From IMG/VR virus record IMGVR_UViG_3300008116_000002: a stretch of 64,000 nt of DNA. One strand, written 5' to 3'. Below the pieces are notes generated by a model that was not told the origin of the DNA, made no database searches, and was given only the letters and a program-made list of their open reading frames with translations. Source of the DNA: a virus (taxonomy: Duplodnaviria; Caudoviricetes). Below are positions 38,653 through 46,964 of this stretch, in pieces; position 1 is the stretch's first letter, and every line of letters starts with the position of its first letter. The translations under genes were made by a program, and so were the position numbers.

Positions 38653-38667
38653 AGACTCTGCTTGCTG
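38624..38667 (+). ncRNA. candidate preQ1-class-I-like riboswitch aptamer (variant) upstream of queD
   Basis: P1 AGAGG(38624-28)/CCTCT(38644-48); loop ends GCAATCATC; 3' tail ATAAAGAC; loop AGGCA/GGCAA can pair with TGCTT/TTGCT downstream; SD AGGAG at 38682-86. Confidence 0.5.
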
Positions 38668-38693
38668 TCAAACTTGCTCATAGGAGACTAGAG

Positions 38694-39221
38694 ATGGCAA
38701 AATTTTATTCAACAAAAACTTATGGTAATGACAGAGGATTGTCATGTTGTTTCAGACAATGGCGTGCTACACATAGTCATTGTTCAACATTGCATGGTTA
38801 CTCAATTGGTATTAAACTCATATTTGAATGCGATACACTAGATGATAAAAATTGGTGTATGGACTTTGGTGGTCTTAAAGAATTCAAAGCATGGGCAGAT
38901 CATATGTTCGATCACACATTAGTTGTTGCAGAAGACGACCCGCTGTTAGATCGTTTTAAAGAAATGAGCGGCTGGAGTTCTAATCCAGAGCATGACGGCA
39001 ATCCTGAGCGAGTACAAGTAGAACCATATCGCAGATCGGGTGTTTGTGATCTACGTATTGTACCTTCTGTAGGATGTGAAATGTTTGCTAAACTATGCTA
39101 TGACAAAATGGCAGAACTGTTGGCATCAGGTAGTATGCGCTATCCAATCAATCCAAGCGTAAGAGTAAAATCTGTAGAAGTATTTGAACATGCAGGTAAC
39201 TCTGCTACATATGAAGGATAA
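38694..39221 (+). CDS. queD: 6-carboxy-5,6,7,8-tetrahydropterin synthase
   Basis: HSHCSTLHGY, WCMDFGGLK...FDHTL, GCEMFAK, SVEVFEHAGNSA. Confidence 0.9.
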   Translation: MAKFYSTKTYGNDRGLSCCFRQWRATHSHCSTLHGYSIGIKLIFECDTLDDKNWCMDFGGLKEFKAWADHMFDHTLVVAEDDPLLDRFKEMSGWSSNPEHDGNPERVQVEPYRRSGVCDLRIVPSVGCEMFAKLCYDKMAELLASGSMRYPINPSVRVKSVEVFEHAGNSATYEG

Positions 39222-39717
39222 AACAAATATAGCAAAAGGTGTCAATAGTAAGGATGAGAAGATAGGTGATTTGACTGTAGCATTTATTAATCAAAGCACT
39301 TCTGAATATCCCGTTACTGTTGGCACCGCAAAGTTTGAACCTGTTCCCGTAACTAAACAAAAAGATTTAATGTTGAATGTAGCTAGACTACATGCACAAC
39401 AAGAGTATGATAGAATAATGGAATTAGTTGCTGTGCTTCAAAAGCAAGCTAAGCAAATTATGAAGCGGCTGGAGTTTACAGATAAAGTCCATGCTGCAGA
39501 ATATAAGTTTCAAATTTATCATGGACAATGTTATTGGTTAGCCTTTGATCTTAATATTAAAAAATATATTTTACACCACTTAGGACCAAATGATTGGTCT
39601 ACTGGCACACCCGATAATTTACAATACGTTACTCGTGTCAAATGGTTAGGTGATCATACCTGGTTAGAAGTCGATGAACATGGAAATACAATAAATGAAA
39701 ATAGCGCTAGTTACTGA
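39211..39717 (+). CDS. DUF2452-like protein
   Basis: ARLHAQQEYDRIMELVAVLQKQA...AEYKFQIYHGQCYWL...LGPNDW; ATG at 39211 preferred to the track start at 39184. Confidence 0.55.
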   Translation: MKDKTNIAKGVNSKDEKIGDLTVAFINQSTSEYPVTVGTAKFEPVPVTKQKDLMLNVARLHAQQEYDRIMELVAVLQKQAKQIMKRLEFTDKVHAAEYKFQIYHGQCYWLAFDLNIKKYILHHLGPNDWSTGTPDNLQYVTRVKWLGDHTWLEVDEHGNTINENSASY

Positions 39718-40747
39718 TACACACTTTGGTGCAAGATCAGACTCCTTGGCATTTGATGCTTACTTCAAAAAGTTTTATCAAGAAGTATTTTTCCCAGAAT
39801 TAGATAAGAGAGGCATTGAAAAGATAATACATCTTGGAGATTGCTTTGATCGTCGCAAATATGTAAATTTTAATTCTTTGAAATCCTGCAGAGAGTATTT
39901 CTTCGATGAGGTAACTAAAAGAAATATTCAAATGGACATGATCGTAGGTAACCATGATACATTTTTTAAAAATACCAATGATGTAAATTCGCCTGATCTT
40001 TTACTAGGAGAATATAATAACATACTAGCATTTGATCGCCCGACGGAAGTAGATGGTATCGTTTACTTGCCTTGGTTGTGTGCAGATAATTATCATGAAG
40101 CAACTGATCTAATTAAGAAAACTAAATCAAAAGTTTGTTTCGGACATTTAGAAATTGCAGGTTTCGTAATGTTCAAAGGACAAAACACTCATGAATCGCA
40201 TGAAGGATTAGATCCCGGGATGTTTAAGAAATTTGATTTAGTATGCTCTGGTCATTACCACCACAAACATAGCAAAGGTAATATACATTATCTAGGTAAT
40301 CCCTATCAGATGTTTTGGAATGATCATGAAGATGATCGTGGATTCCATATATTTGATACTGAAACTTTAGAGTTAGAGTTTATTAAAAATCCTTTTTCTA
40401 TCTTTGAGAAATATTACTACGATGATGAGAAAGAGGATCCCGATTCTATAGATTCGGATGTGTTTGCTAAAAAATTAATTAAACTTATTGTTGTCAATAA
40501 AAAGGACTTCGTAAAATTTGATAGGTTTATAGAAAGAATATATTCAAAAGAACCTATTGAATTAAAAATTATTGAGGACTTTTCTGAATTCGAAGCCGAA
40601 GCACTAGACGAATCTATTGACTTAGAAGACACAATGACATTATTATCTAACTATGTAGATAGTGTAGAGACAGATGCCGATAGAGATAAAATAAAAGGTA
40701 TTCTGAGAACACTATACGTTGAAGCGCAGCACTATGAGGAAGCATGA
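39695..40747 (+). CDS. gp47: recombination nuclease subunit gp47 (Mre11/SbcD-like)
   Basis: TDTHFG, HLGDCFDRRK, IVGNHD, FGHLE, SGHYH, YLGNPYQ. Confidence 0.95.
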   Translation: MKIALVTDTHFGARSDSLAFDAYFKKFYQEVFFPELDKRGIEKIIHLGDCFDRRKYVNFNSLKSCREYFFDEVTKRNIQMDMIVGNHDTFFKNTNDVNSPDLLLGEYNNILAFDRPTEVDGIVYLPWLCADNYHEATDLIKKTKSKVCFGHLEIAGFVMFKGQNTHESHEGLDPGMFKKFDLVCSGHYHHKHSKGNIHYLGNPYQMFWNDHEDDRGFHIFDTETLELEFIKNPFSIFEKYYYDDEKEDPDSIDSDVFAKKLIKLIVVNKKDFVKFDRFIERIYSKEPIELKIIEDFSEFEAEALDESIDLEDTMTLLSNYVDSVETDADRDKIKGILRTLYVEAQHYEEA

Positions 40748-42462
40748 TAAAATTTAAAACTATTCGATGGAAAAACTTTTTATCTACTGGTTCACAATTC
40801 ACCGAAGTTAAATTAGATAGATCTACCACAACTCTTGTTGTGGGTGAAAACGGCGCAGGTAAAAGTACTATCCTAGATGCTCTGTGCTTTGTTCTTTTTA
40901 ACAAACCTTTTAGAAATATCAATAAGCCTCAGTTGATGAACAGCATCAACGGGAAGAATCTTCAAGTTGAGCTAGAGTTTAGTATTGGTCCAAAAGAATA
41001 TAAGGTAGTTCGAGGCATAAAGCCAGGTATCTTTGAAATTTATTCGCAGGGCGAATTGTTGAACCAAGATGCTGCAGCTAAAGATTACCAAAAGTATCTA
41101 GAAGATGGTATTCTAAAATTAAATTATAAATCATTTACTCAAATTGTTATACTTGGCAGCGCATCCTTTACTCCCTTTATGCAGTTACCACTAGGACATC
41201 GAAGAGAAATTATTGAGGATATTTTAGACATACAAATATTCACGGTAATGAACAGTGTTCTAAAAAATAAAATTGCAGATAATAAAGCCAAGATTACAGA
41301 CATAGAAACTAAAATAGAAATAGGCAAGAACAAGGTAAAGTTACAGCAAAGCTACATAAAAACACTTGAAGAAGATAAACAAAAGAAGGTAGAAGATGTA
41401 CGAAAACGAATATCTGAATCGACTGCGGAGATTACAAAACTCAATGGTGACGTTGCAATCGAGAAAGAAAAAGAGACTGGCCTTCAATCCTCTGTACTCG
41501 ATGCGAAGGAGAAGCGCAATAAGAGATCTGAAATGGAAGTTATCCTTAGAAAACTTACCGAAAAAATTAAGAATCAGGAAAAGAATATTGGGTTTTACGA
41601 GCAACATGATGTTTGCCCGACATGTAATCAAGGACTTGACGAACAACATAAACAAGAAGCGATCTCTACGCACACGCACAAGATTGAAGAAGTACAACTT
41701 GCCGTTGAATCTCTCTCCAAAGAACTTGAAGATATTGAAACTAGACTTGATGAGATTGCTGCAATCGAAGAAGAAATATCTCAATGTAAAGAAAATATCA
41801 TCGAGTATAACTCAAAGATAATTAGCGAACAAAACTATATAAAAAGACTGCAAGAGGAAATACAGGAAGAAACAGGTAACGTATCTAATATAGAAGATGA
41901 AAGAGCTACTTTAAAAACATTGGCGAAGGAAGTAGTAGTTTTATCTGAAGATAAAGGTAAGTTAGTTCAGGAAAAACATTACTATGATATTGCGAATATT
42001 CTGTTAAAAGATACAGGAATTAAAACAAAAATTATTCGACAGTATTTGCCCGTTATTAATAAACTGGTAAATAAGTATTTGACCGCAATGGATTTCTTTG
42101 TTCATTTTGAACTTGATGAAACATTCAACGAAACCATAAAGTCAAGACACAGAGATGATTTTTCCTACGCCTCATTTAGTGAGGGCGAAAAGCAAAGAAT
42201 AGATTTGGCATTGCTGTTCACTTGGAGAACTATTGCTAAAATGAAAAATTGCGCTAGCACAAATCTTTTATTGCTTGATGAGGTTTTTGATTCTTCTTTA
42301 GATGCAAACGGAACAGACTATGTAATGAACCTGATAAATACTTTAGGAGACGAGACTAATGTATTCGTCATTAGTCACAAAGGAGATCTTTTATTTGATA
42401 AATTCAGAAGTGTTATCAAATTTGAGAAACAACAAAATTTTTCTAGAATACAAGGAAATTAA
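40744..42462 (+). CDS. gp46: recombination ATPase subunit gp46 (Rad50/SbcC-like)
   Basis: GENGAGKST, zinc hook CPTC, FSEGEKQRIDLALL, LLDEVFDSSLD, ISHK. Confidence 0.96.
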   Translation: MIKFKTIRWKNFLSTGSQFTEVKLDRSTTTLVVGENGAGKSTILDALCFVLFNKPFRNINKPQLMNSINGKNLQVELEFSIGPKEYKVVRGIKPGIFEIYSQGELLNQDAAAKDYQKYLEDGILKLNYKSFTQIVILGSASFTPFMQLPLGHRREIIEDILDIQIFTVMNSVLKNKIADNKAKITDIETKIEIGKNKVKLQQSYIKTLEEDKQKKVEDVRKRISESTAEITKLNGDVAIEKEKETGLQSSVLDAKEKRNKRSEMEVILRKLTEKIKNQEKNIGFYEQHDVCPTCNQGLDEQHKQEAISTHTHKIEEVQLAVESLSKELEDIETRLDEIAAIEEEISQCKENIIEYNSKIISEQNYIKRLQEEIQEETGNVSNIEDERATLKTLAKEVVVLSEDKGKLVQEKHYYDIANILLKDTGIKTKIIRQYLPVINKLVNKYLTAMDFFVHFELDETFNETIKSRHRDDFSYASFSEGEKQRIDLALLFTWRTIAKMKNCASTNLLLLDEVFDSSLDANGTDYVMNLINTLGDETNVFVISHKGDLLFDKFRSVIKFEKQQNFSRIQGN

Positions 42463-42464
42463 TT

Positions 42465-43058
42465 ATGGCTGATACTTGGCAATTAGATGTACATACAGTA
42501 AACGCATATTGTTATTACAGTGGTGTGTTTGATAAGTTAATGGTTGATGATATAGTAAAAATGGGCGATGAGCTGTTACTAGGTGATGCACAGGTCGGCG
42601 GAGATTTTGCATCGGTTGGCGGCAAAAATGAAAAGATCAGAAAAACTACAATCGGCTGGGTACCTACTACTGAGCAAAATGCCTGGTTATATAGAATGTT
42701 AACCGATGCAGTTCAAAGAGCAAACAAAGAATGGTTTGGATTTGATCTTAATCATATTGAATCTTTACAATATTCTATCTACAATAAAGGTGACTTCTAT
42801 GATGCGCATGTAGACCATCACTATCAGGGCGTAGGACAGTATCCAAGAAAGTTAAGTTTTTCTATGCAGTTATCTGATCCTGAGGACTATAAAGGTGGCG
42901 ACGTTATGCTAATTACCTCACAGGACCCATTTCCTATTCCAAAAGAAAGAGGTACAATCACATTCTTCCCATCCTATACTTTGCATGAAGTTAAACCTGT
43001 TACAAAAGGAACTCGCAGAGCTTTAGTTGGTTGGGTACATGGGCCACGTTGGAAATGA
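42465..43058 (+). CDS. 2OG-Fe(II) oxygenase (prolyl-hydroxylase/PKHD-like)
   Basis: FYDAHVD (HxD), RKLSFSMQLS, FFPSYTLHEVKPVTKGTRRALVGW. Confidence 0.88.
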   Translation: MADTWQLDVHTVNAYCYYSGVFDKLMVDDIVKMGDELLLGDAQVGGDFASVGGKNEKIRKTTIGWVPTTEQNAWLYRMLTDAVQRANKEWFGFDLNHIESLQYSIYNKGDFYDAHVDHHYQGVGQYPRKLSFSMQLSDPEDYKGGDVMLITSQDPFPIPKERGTITFFPSYTLHEVKPVTKGTRRALVGWVHGPRWK

Positions 43059-43198
43059 CACTAGTTATAAATTTTTTAGCTTTTTTGCTGTTATTGACTT
43101 ATTCCATAAGTCAGGGTGATCTTTTTGGAATGCTTCTGAGTTCAATTGGCTTTTTAATTATGCACGTTTTATTAGAGGATCTAAAAGATGCCGACTAA
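43055..43198 (+). CDS. 47-aa two-helix membrane peptide (not in ORF track)
   Basis: ATGA overlap with the oxygenase stop; MTLVINFLAFLLLLTYSISQGDLFGMLLSSIGFLIMHVLLEDLKDAD. Confidence 0.45.
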   Translation: MTLVINFLAFLLLLTYSISQGDLFGMLLSSIGFLIMHVLLEDLKDAD

Positions 43199-43463
43199 AA
43201 TTCCTTTAGAGTATTTGGACTTAAATAATGATTTTGGCTTTACTGCGGTAAATGAAAATGAAGTGACCGAACCAATTCTAACAGAAGTCAAAACTTCTGT
43301 TGATTCGGAAACAAAACAAAAATTACAAACTCTTGAAAAATTAATTTTACCGCTTTTGGTAAACTTAATGAAGAATCCGGAAAAGGAATATATCCATTGG
43401 CCTAACAGGGTTCCGCTGATAGAGAAACAAATTGAAAAGATTTTGGCTATAACTAGGGCTTGA
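43188..43463 (+). CDS. conserved hypothetical T4-like protein
   Basis: 91 aa; DFGFTAV...LILPLLVNLMKNPEKEYIHWPNR. Confidence 0.6.
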   Translation: MPTKIPLEYLDLNNDFGFTAVNENEVTEPILTEVKTSVDSETKQKLQTLEKLILPLLVNLMKNPEKEYIHWPNRVPLIEKQIEKILAITRA

Positions 43464-43488
43464 CTTCTAACCTGTTAGGTGTTATAAT
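43460..43488 (+). promoter_or_regulatory. sigma70-type (early) promoter with extended -10
   Basis: TTGACT-17 nt-TATAAT with TGn before the -10. Confidence 0.8.
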
Positions 43489-43513
43489 ATAAAAAACCTG
43501 ACAGGAGACCTAG

Positions 43514-45694
43514 ATGCAAGATTCCAAATCACTACTAGCAAAACTTCTAGCAACCGAAAATATTACTGTAGAACATAAAAAGGTTTCTACAGCATACTTC
43601 GATACCAAAAATAGAGTCATGGTTCTTCCCATGTGGAAGTTTATGTCTTCTAGTCTTTATGATTTACTTCTAGGTCACGAAGTAGGTCACGCTTTGAATA
43701 CTCCCCCTGATGGCTGGCACGATCAAGTTACGGATAAAATGAAGAAAGGTTTTAAGACTTTTCTAAATGTTATTGAGGATGTCCGTATTGAAAAGCTTAT
43801 TCAAAATAAATTCCCTGGTCTAAAGACTTCTTTCCGAAAGGGTTATTCCGAATTGGTGGCTATGGACTTCTTTGGAATATCCAAAATGGCAGTCGACATA
43901 GATGAGCTTCCTTTGATTGATCGTATTAATTTGCATTACAAAGTTGGATCATATCTGAATGTTCATTTTGAAGACTCGGAAAAATACTATATTGATCGTC
44001 TTGACAAACTGAAAACTTGGGAAGAAGTTGTTCAAATTGCAACTGAATTGTATGAATATTCCAAAGACGAATCTAAGATGCGCGATCTCTGTGAGTTAGA
44101 AGACTTCGACGATGAAAACGAAGACGACGATATGGATGACGCTGAATGGGAAGAATCGGATGACCAAGGTAGTAACAAAACCAAAAATGGGCGTCAGTCT
44201 GGAACAGGTGAAGAATTTGATCCGGAGTCTTTAACCGACAAATATTTTAGGGCAAGAGAAAAAGAACTTTTGGATGATAAGGTTAAACCGTATGTCTATG
44301 CAAACTGCCCTAAACCCGATCTAGATAAAATTATTATTCCGCATAAGAAAATTGCTGAGAACTATGATAACTTTACTTACAGAAGTCCTGTGTATGATAG
44401 TGATATCTGCAAGTTAATGGCGCCGAACATAATTGAATCAACTAAGGAAAAATTGTATCAGAAGTTTTTGAATACTAATAAAAAATATATTTCGTATTTG
44501 GTTAAAGAATTTGAATTGCGAAAAAATGCAAATCAATTTGCCAGAGCAGCAATTTCGAAAACAGGTAAATTAGATATGAAAAAGGTTCATCAATATAAAC
44601 TAAACGATGATCTTTTCAAACGTATGACGACTGTACCAAAAGGCAAGTCGCATGGATTACTTATGTTCGTAGATTATTCGGGTTCTATGTCTGAGAACAT
44701 TGGACCAACTATTGAGCAAAGTATTGTGCTGGCAATATTCTGCCGAAAGGTTAATATCCCTTTTAGAGTGTATGCTTTTACAGATTCTACAGCCGGCGAT
44801 TTTTATAAAGAACTCGGCATATCTAGAGACGTTCACGGAAGGTTCCCCGATTCTGAAAGAAAATTTTCTAGAAACAGAGATGATATTCATTTAGATGATA
44901 TGTTTTTTAGACTTCGAGAATATCTATCTAGCGATATGTCTGGTCGAGAATTTAAGAATGCTATTCGTTATTGGCTTCTTGCGGGAGCTGCTTTTGGTAA
45001 TCGAAACTGGAGCAGAAACATGCATACTGATCTTGATAAGGAAGATCAAACTAGATACATCTTTAATAACGATTTTGAAAATTTGAATGGTACTCCTTTG
45101 AATGAAGCAATTGTTTCTGCGATTGAGATAGCAAAACAGTTTAAAACCAGTTATAAACTAGACGTTGTCAACACTGTATTTTTGACAGATGGCGACTCCA
45201 ATGATACAGGAATGAAATATGACAGCGACGAGCGCACTTCTTATCTCGATAAGTATAACGGCGATTATACTCTCATTGTTCGGGATCCTGAAACTAAGCT
45301 TGAAGGCAAGAAAGCTCCTAGGGCAGAAACGACAGTAGCATTGCTTGACTTACTTAAGAAAGTGGCGGGTGTAAATGTTATTGGTTTTCATATTGCAAAT
45401 TATTTTAACCAAGGCGTGGTTTTGGATCGATTGAGAAAGTTTGGTAAATATGATACGGACTTTCATAAAAAGTATAAAGAGGCTCGCCGTAATAAGGTTT
45501 ACATAATCAACGATGCGGGGTTTGATGACTATTACATTATTCCTGGAGGAAAGAATCTACAGATCAAAGATGATGAAATGGATGTTGATGCCAATGCAAA
45601 GAAATCAGAACTTAAAAATGCTTTCTTGAAAATGCAAAGAGGCAAGTCAATAAATCGAGTTCTTTTGAGTAGATTTGCTGAAAAAATTGCTTGA
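43514..45694 (+). CDS. VWA (CobT-like) protein with an N-terminal HExxH metallopeptidase-like domain
   Basis: LLGHEVGH, FLNVIEDVRIE; acidic linker; MIDAS VDYSGS...NGTPLNEA...FLTDGDS. Confidence 0.8.
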   Translation: MQDSKSLLAKLLATENITVEHKKVSTAYFDTKNRVMVLPMWKFMSSSLYDLLLGHEVGHALNTPPDGWHDQVTDKMKKGFKTFLNVIEDVRIEKLIQNKFPGLKTSFRKGYSELVAMDFFGISKMAVDIDELPLIDRINLHYKVGSYLNVHFEDSEKYYIDRLDKLKTWEEVVQIATELYEYSKDESKMRDLCELEDFDDENEDDDMDDAEWEESDDQGSNKTKNGRQSGTGEEFDPESLTDKYFRAREKELLDDKVKPYVYANCPKPDLDKIIIPHKKIAENYDNFTYRSPVYDSDICKLMAPNIIESTKEKLYQKFLNTNKKYISYLVKEFELRKNANQFARAAISKTGKLDMKKVHQYKLNDDLFKRMTTVPKGKSHGLLMFVDYSGSMSENIGPTIEQSIVLAIFCRKVNIPFRVYAFTDSTAGDFYKELGISRDVHGRFPDSERKFSRNRDDIHLDDMFFRLREYLSSDMSGREFKNAIRYWLLAGAAFGNRNWSRNMHTDLDKEDQTRYIFNNDFENLNGTPLNEAIVSAIEIAKQFKTSYKLDVVNTVFLTDGDSNDTGMKYDSDERTSYLDKYNGDYTLIVRDPETKLEGKKAPRAETTVALLDLLKKVAGVNVIGFHIANYFNQGVVLDRLRKFGKYDTDFHKKYKEARRNKVYIINDAGFDDYYIIPGGKNLQIKDDEMDVDANAKKSELKNAFLKMQRGKSINRVLLSRFAEKIA

Positions 45695-45719
45695 TTGTTT
45701 TTTGAAAAGGTGTTATAAT
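45691..45719 (+). promoter_or_regulatory. sigma70-type (early) promoter with extended -10
   Basis: TTGATT-17 nt-TATAAT; shares AGGTGTTATAAT with the promoter at 43460. Confidence 0.75.
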
Positions 45720-45752
45720 TAGATGTAGTCATTACTTGAGGAAGATTATATT

Positions 45753-46916
45753 ATGTCCAAGACGCATTATACTGAGCAACAACGTCAAGAATTGGTTAGC
45801 AAACTAATTGCTACTCATGGTAAAATTCTTGATAAAAAAGACATTCTAAATTTTTGTGAAAATAATAACCTGCCGAATCCGCATTTTTTGATTAGTCGTC
45901 GAGACATTAAGGTGGGGCGTTCATATGATTTGGGAAGATTTGATTCTTTTATTCCTGAAACTGCAGCTGCGTTGACAGCGCAAGTAGTTCCTCTGAAGCA
46001 ACCTAAAATGCATATGGTAGAAGATAGCACAGTTCCGGTCAAAGATTCTACTTATGTTCCTTTTGGTTTCTTTAAGCAACTCGAGCAAATTATCAGCTCA
46101 AAGACTTTCTATCCTGTTTTTATTACTGGTCTATCAGGCAACGGCAAGACTACTATGGTAGAACAGGTTGCTGCTAAGCTTAAACGAGAATGTATTCGAG
46201 TAAATATTAGTATTGAAACAGATGAAGACGATCTAATCGGCGGCAATACTCTGCAGGATGGTAATGTAATCTATCGTGAAGGCCCCGTTATTATGGCAAT
46301 GCGTCGGGGTGCAGTTTTGCTTATTGATGAAATTGATCGTGGTTCCAATAAGCTAATGTGTATGCAAAGTATTCTTGAGGGTAAGCCTTTGTTCAATAAA
46401 AAGACAGGCGAAGTAATTTATCCTGCTCCCGGATTTACTGTTATTGCAACTGCGAACACCAAAGGTCGGGGCACAGAAGATGGTCGATTTATTGCAGCAC
46501 AGATTCTAGATGAGGCTTTTCTAGAAAGATTCCCTATCACTGTTGAACAAGAGTATCCTTCGACTACTGTTGAGAAAAAAATTCTTCGTAACAAGATGAA
46601 TTTTTATGGTAAGCTAGATGAAGAGTTTCTTGAGATGTTAGTCAATTGGGCGGATATTATTCGTAAGACTTTCCAAGAAGGTGGTGTGGATGAGATTATT
46701 AGTACTCGTCGATTGGTAAATATTGCACAGGCGTATTCGATTTTTAATAATCGAGAAGATGCAATTAAGTATTGTATTAATCGATTTGACGATGATACCA
46801 AAACAGCATTTATGGATTTGTATGAAAAGATGTCCACTCCTGTAGAAGCAACCAGTGCTTTGCCGGAACAGGACGTAGCACAAGTAACAAATTTTGATGA
46901 TGATATTCCATTTTAA
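45753..46916 (+). CDS. MoxR/CobS-type AAA+ ATPase
   Basis: ITGLSGNGKT, LLIDEIDRG, ATANTKGRG, LDEAFLERF, ISTRRLV; ends NFDDDIPF. Confidence 0.9.
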   Translation: MSKTHYTEQQRQELVSKLIATHGKILDKKDILNFCENNNLPNPHFLISRRDIKVGRSYDLGRFDSFIPETAAALTAQVVPLKQPKMHMVEDSTVPVKDSTYVPFGFFKQLEQIISSKTFYPVFITGLSGNGKTTMVEQVAAKLKRECIRVNISIETDEDDLIGGNTLQDGNVIYREGPVIMAMRRGAVLLIDEIDRGSNKLMCMQSILEGKPLFNKKTGEVIYPAPGFTVIATANTKGRGTEDGRFIAAQILDEAFLERFPITVEQEYPSTTVEKKILRNKMNFYGKLDEEFLEMLVNWADIIRKTFQEGGVDEIISTRRLVNIAQAYSIFNNREDAIKYCINRFDDDTKTAFMDLYEKMSTPVEATSALPEQDVAQVTNFDDDIPF

Positions 46917-46931
46917 ATTTAATTAAAAATA

Positions 46932-46955
46932 AACGGCGCACTTCAGTGCGCTGTT
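46932..46955. terminator. 10-bp hairpin after the ATPase gene (possible terminator or processing stem)
   Basis: AACGGCGCAC-TTCA-GTGCGCTGTT; no T run on the + strand, A run upstream. Confidence 0.4.
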
Positions 46956-46964
46956 CCTACGTAT

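Noticed and set aside
38666-38671. Perfect minus-strand TTGACA in the queD leader
   Set aside because: No -10 hexamer at 16-18 nt spacing (the position reads AGAGGG), so not called as a promoter
30154-39221. queC / queF / gat-queC in the deazaguanine cluster
   Set aside because: No SGGxDS PP-loop or QueF motif in any ORF in the window; they could still lie elsewhere in the genome
45753-46916. Calling the ATPase a cobalamin-synthesis cobS gene
   Set aside because: No cobalamin pathway context; T4-like 'cobS' genes are MoxR AAA+ ATPases paired with VWA proteins
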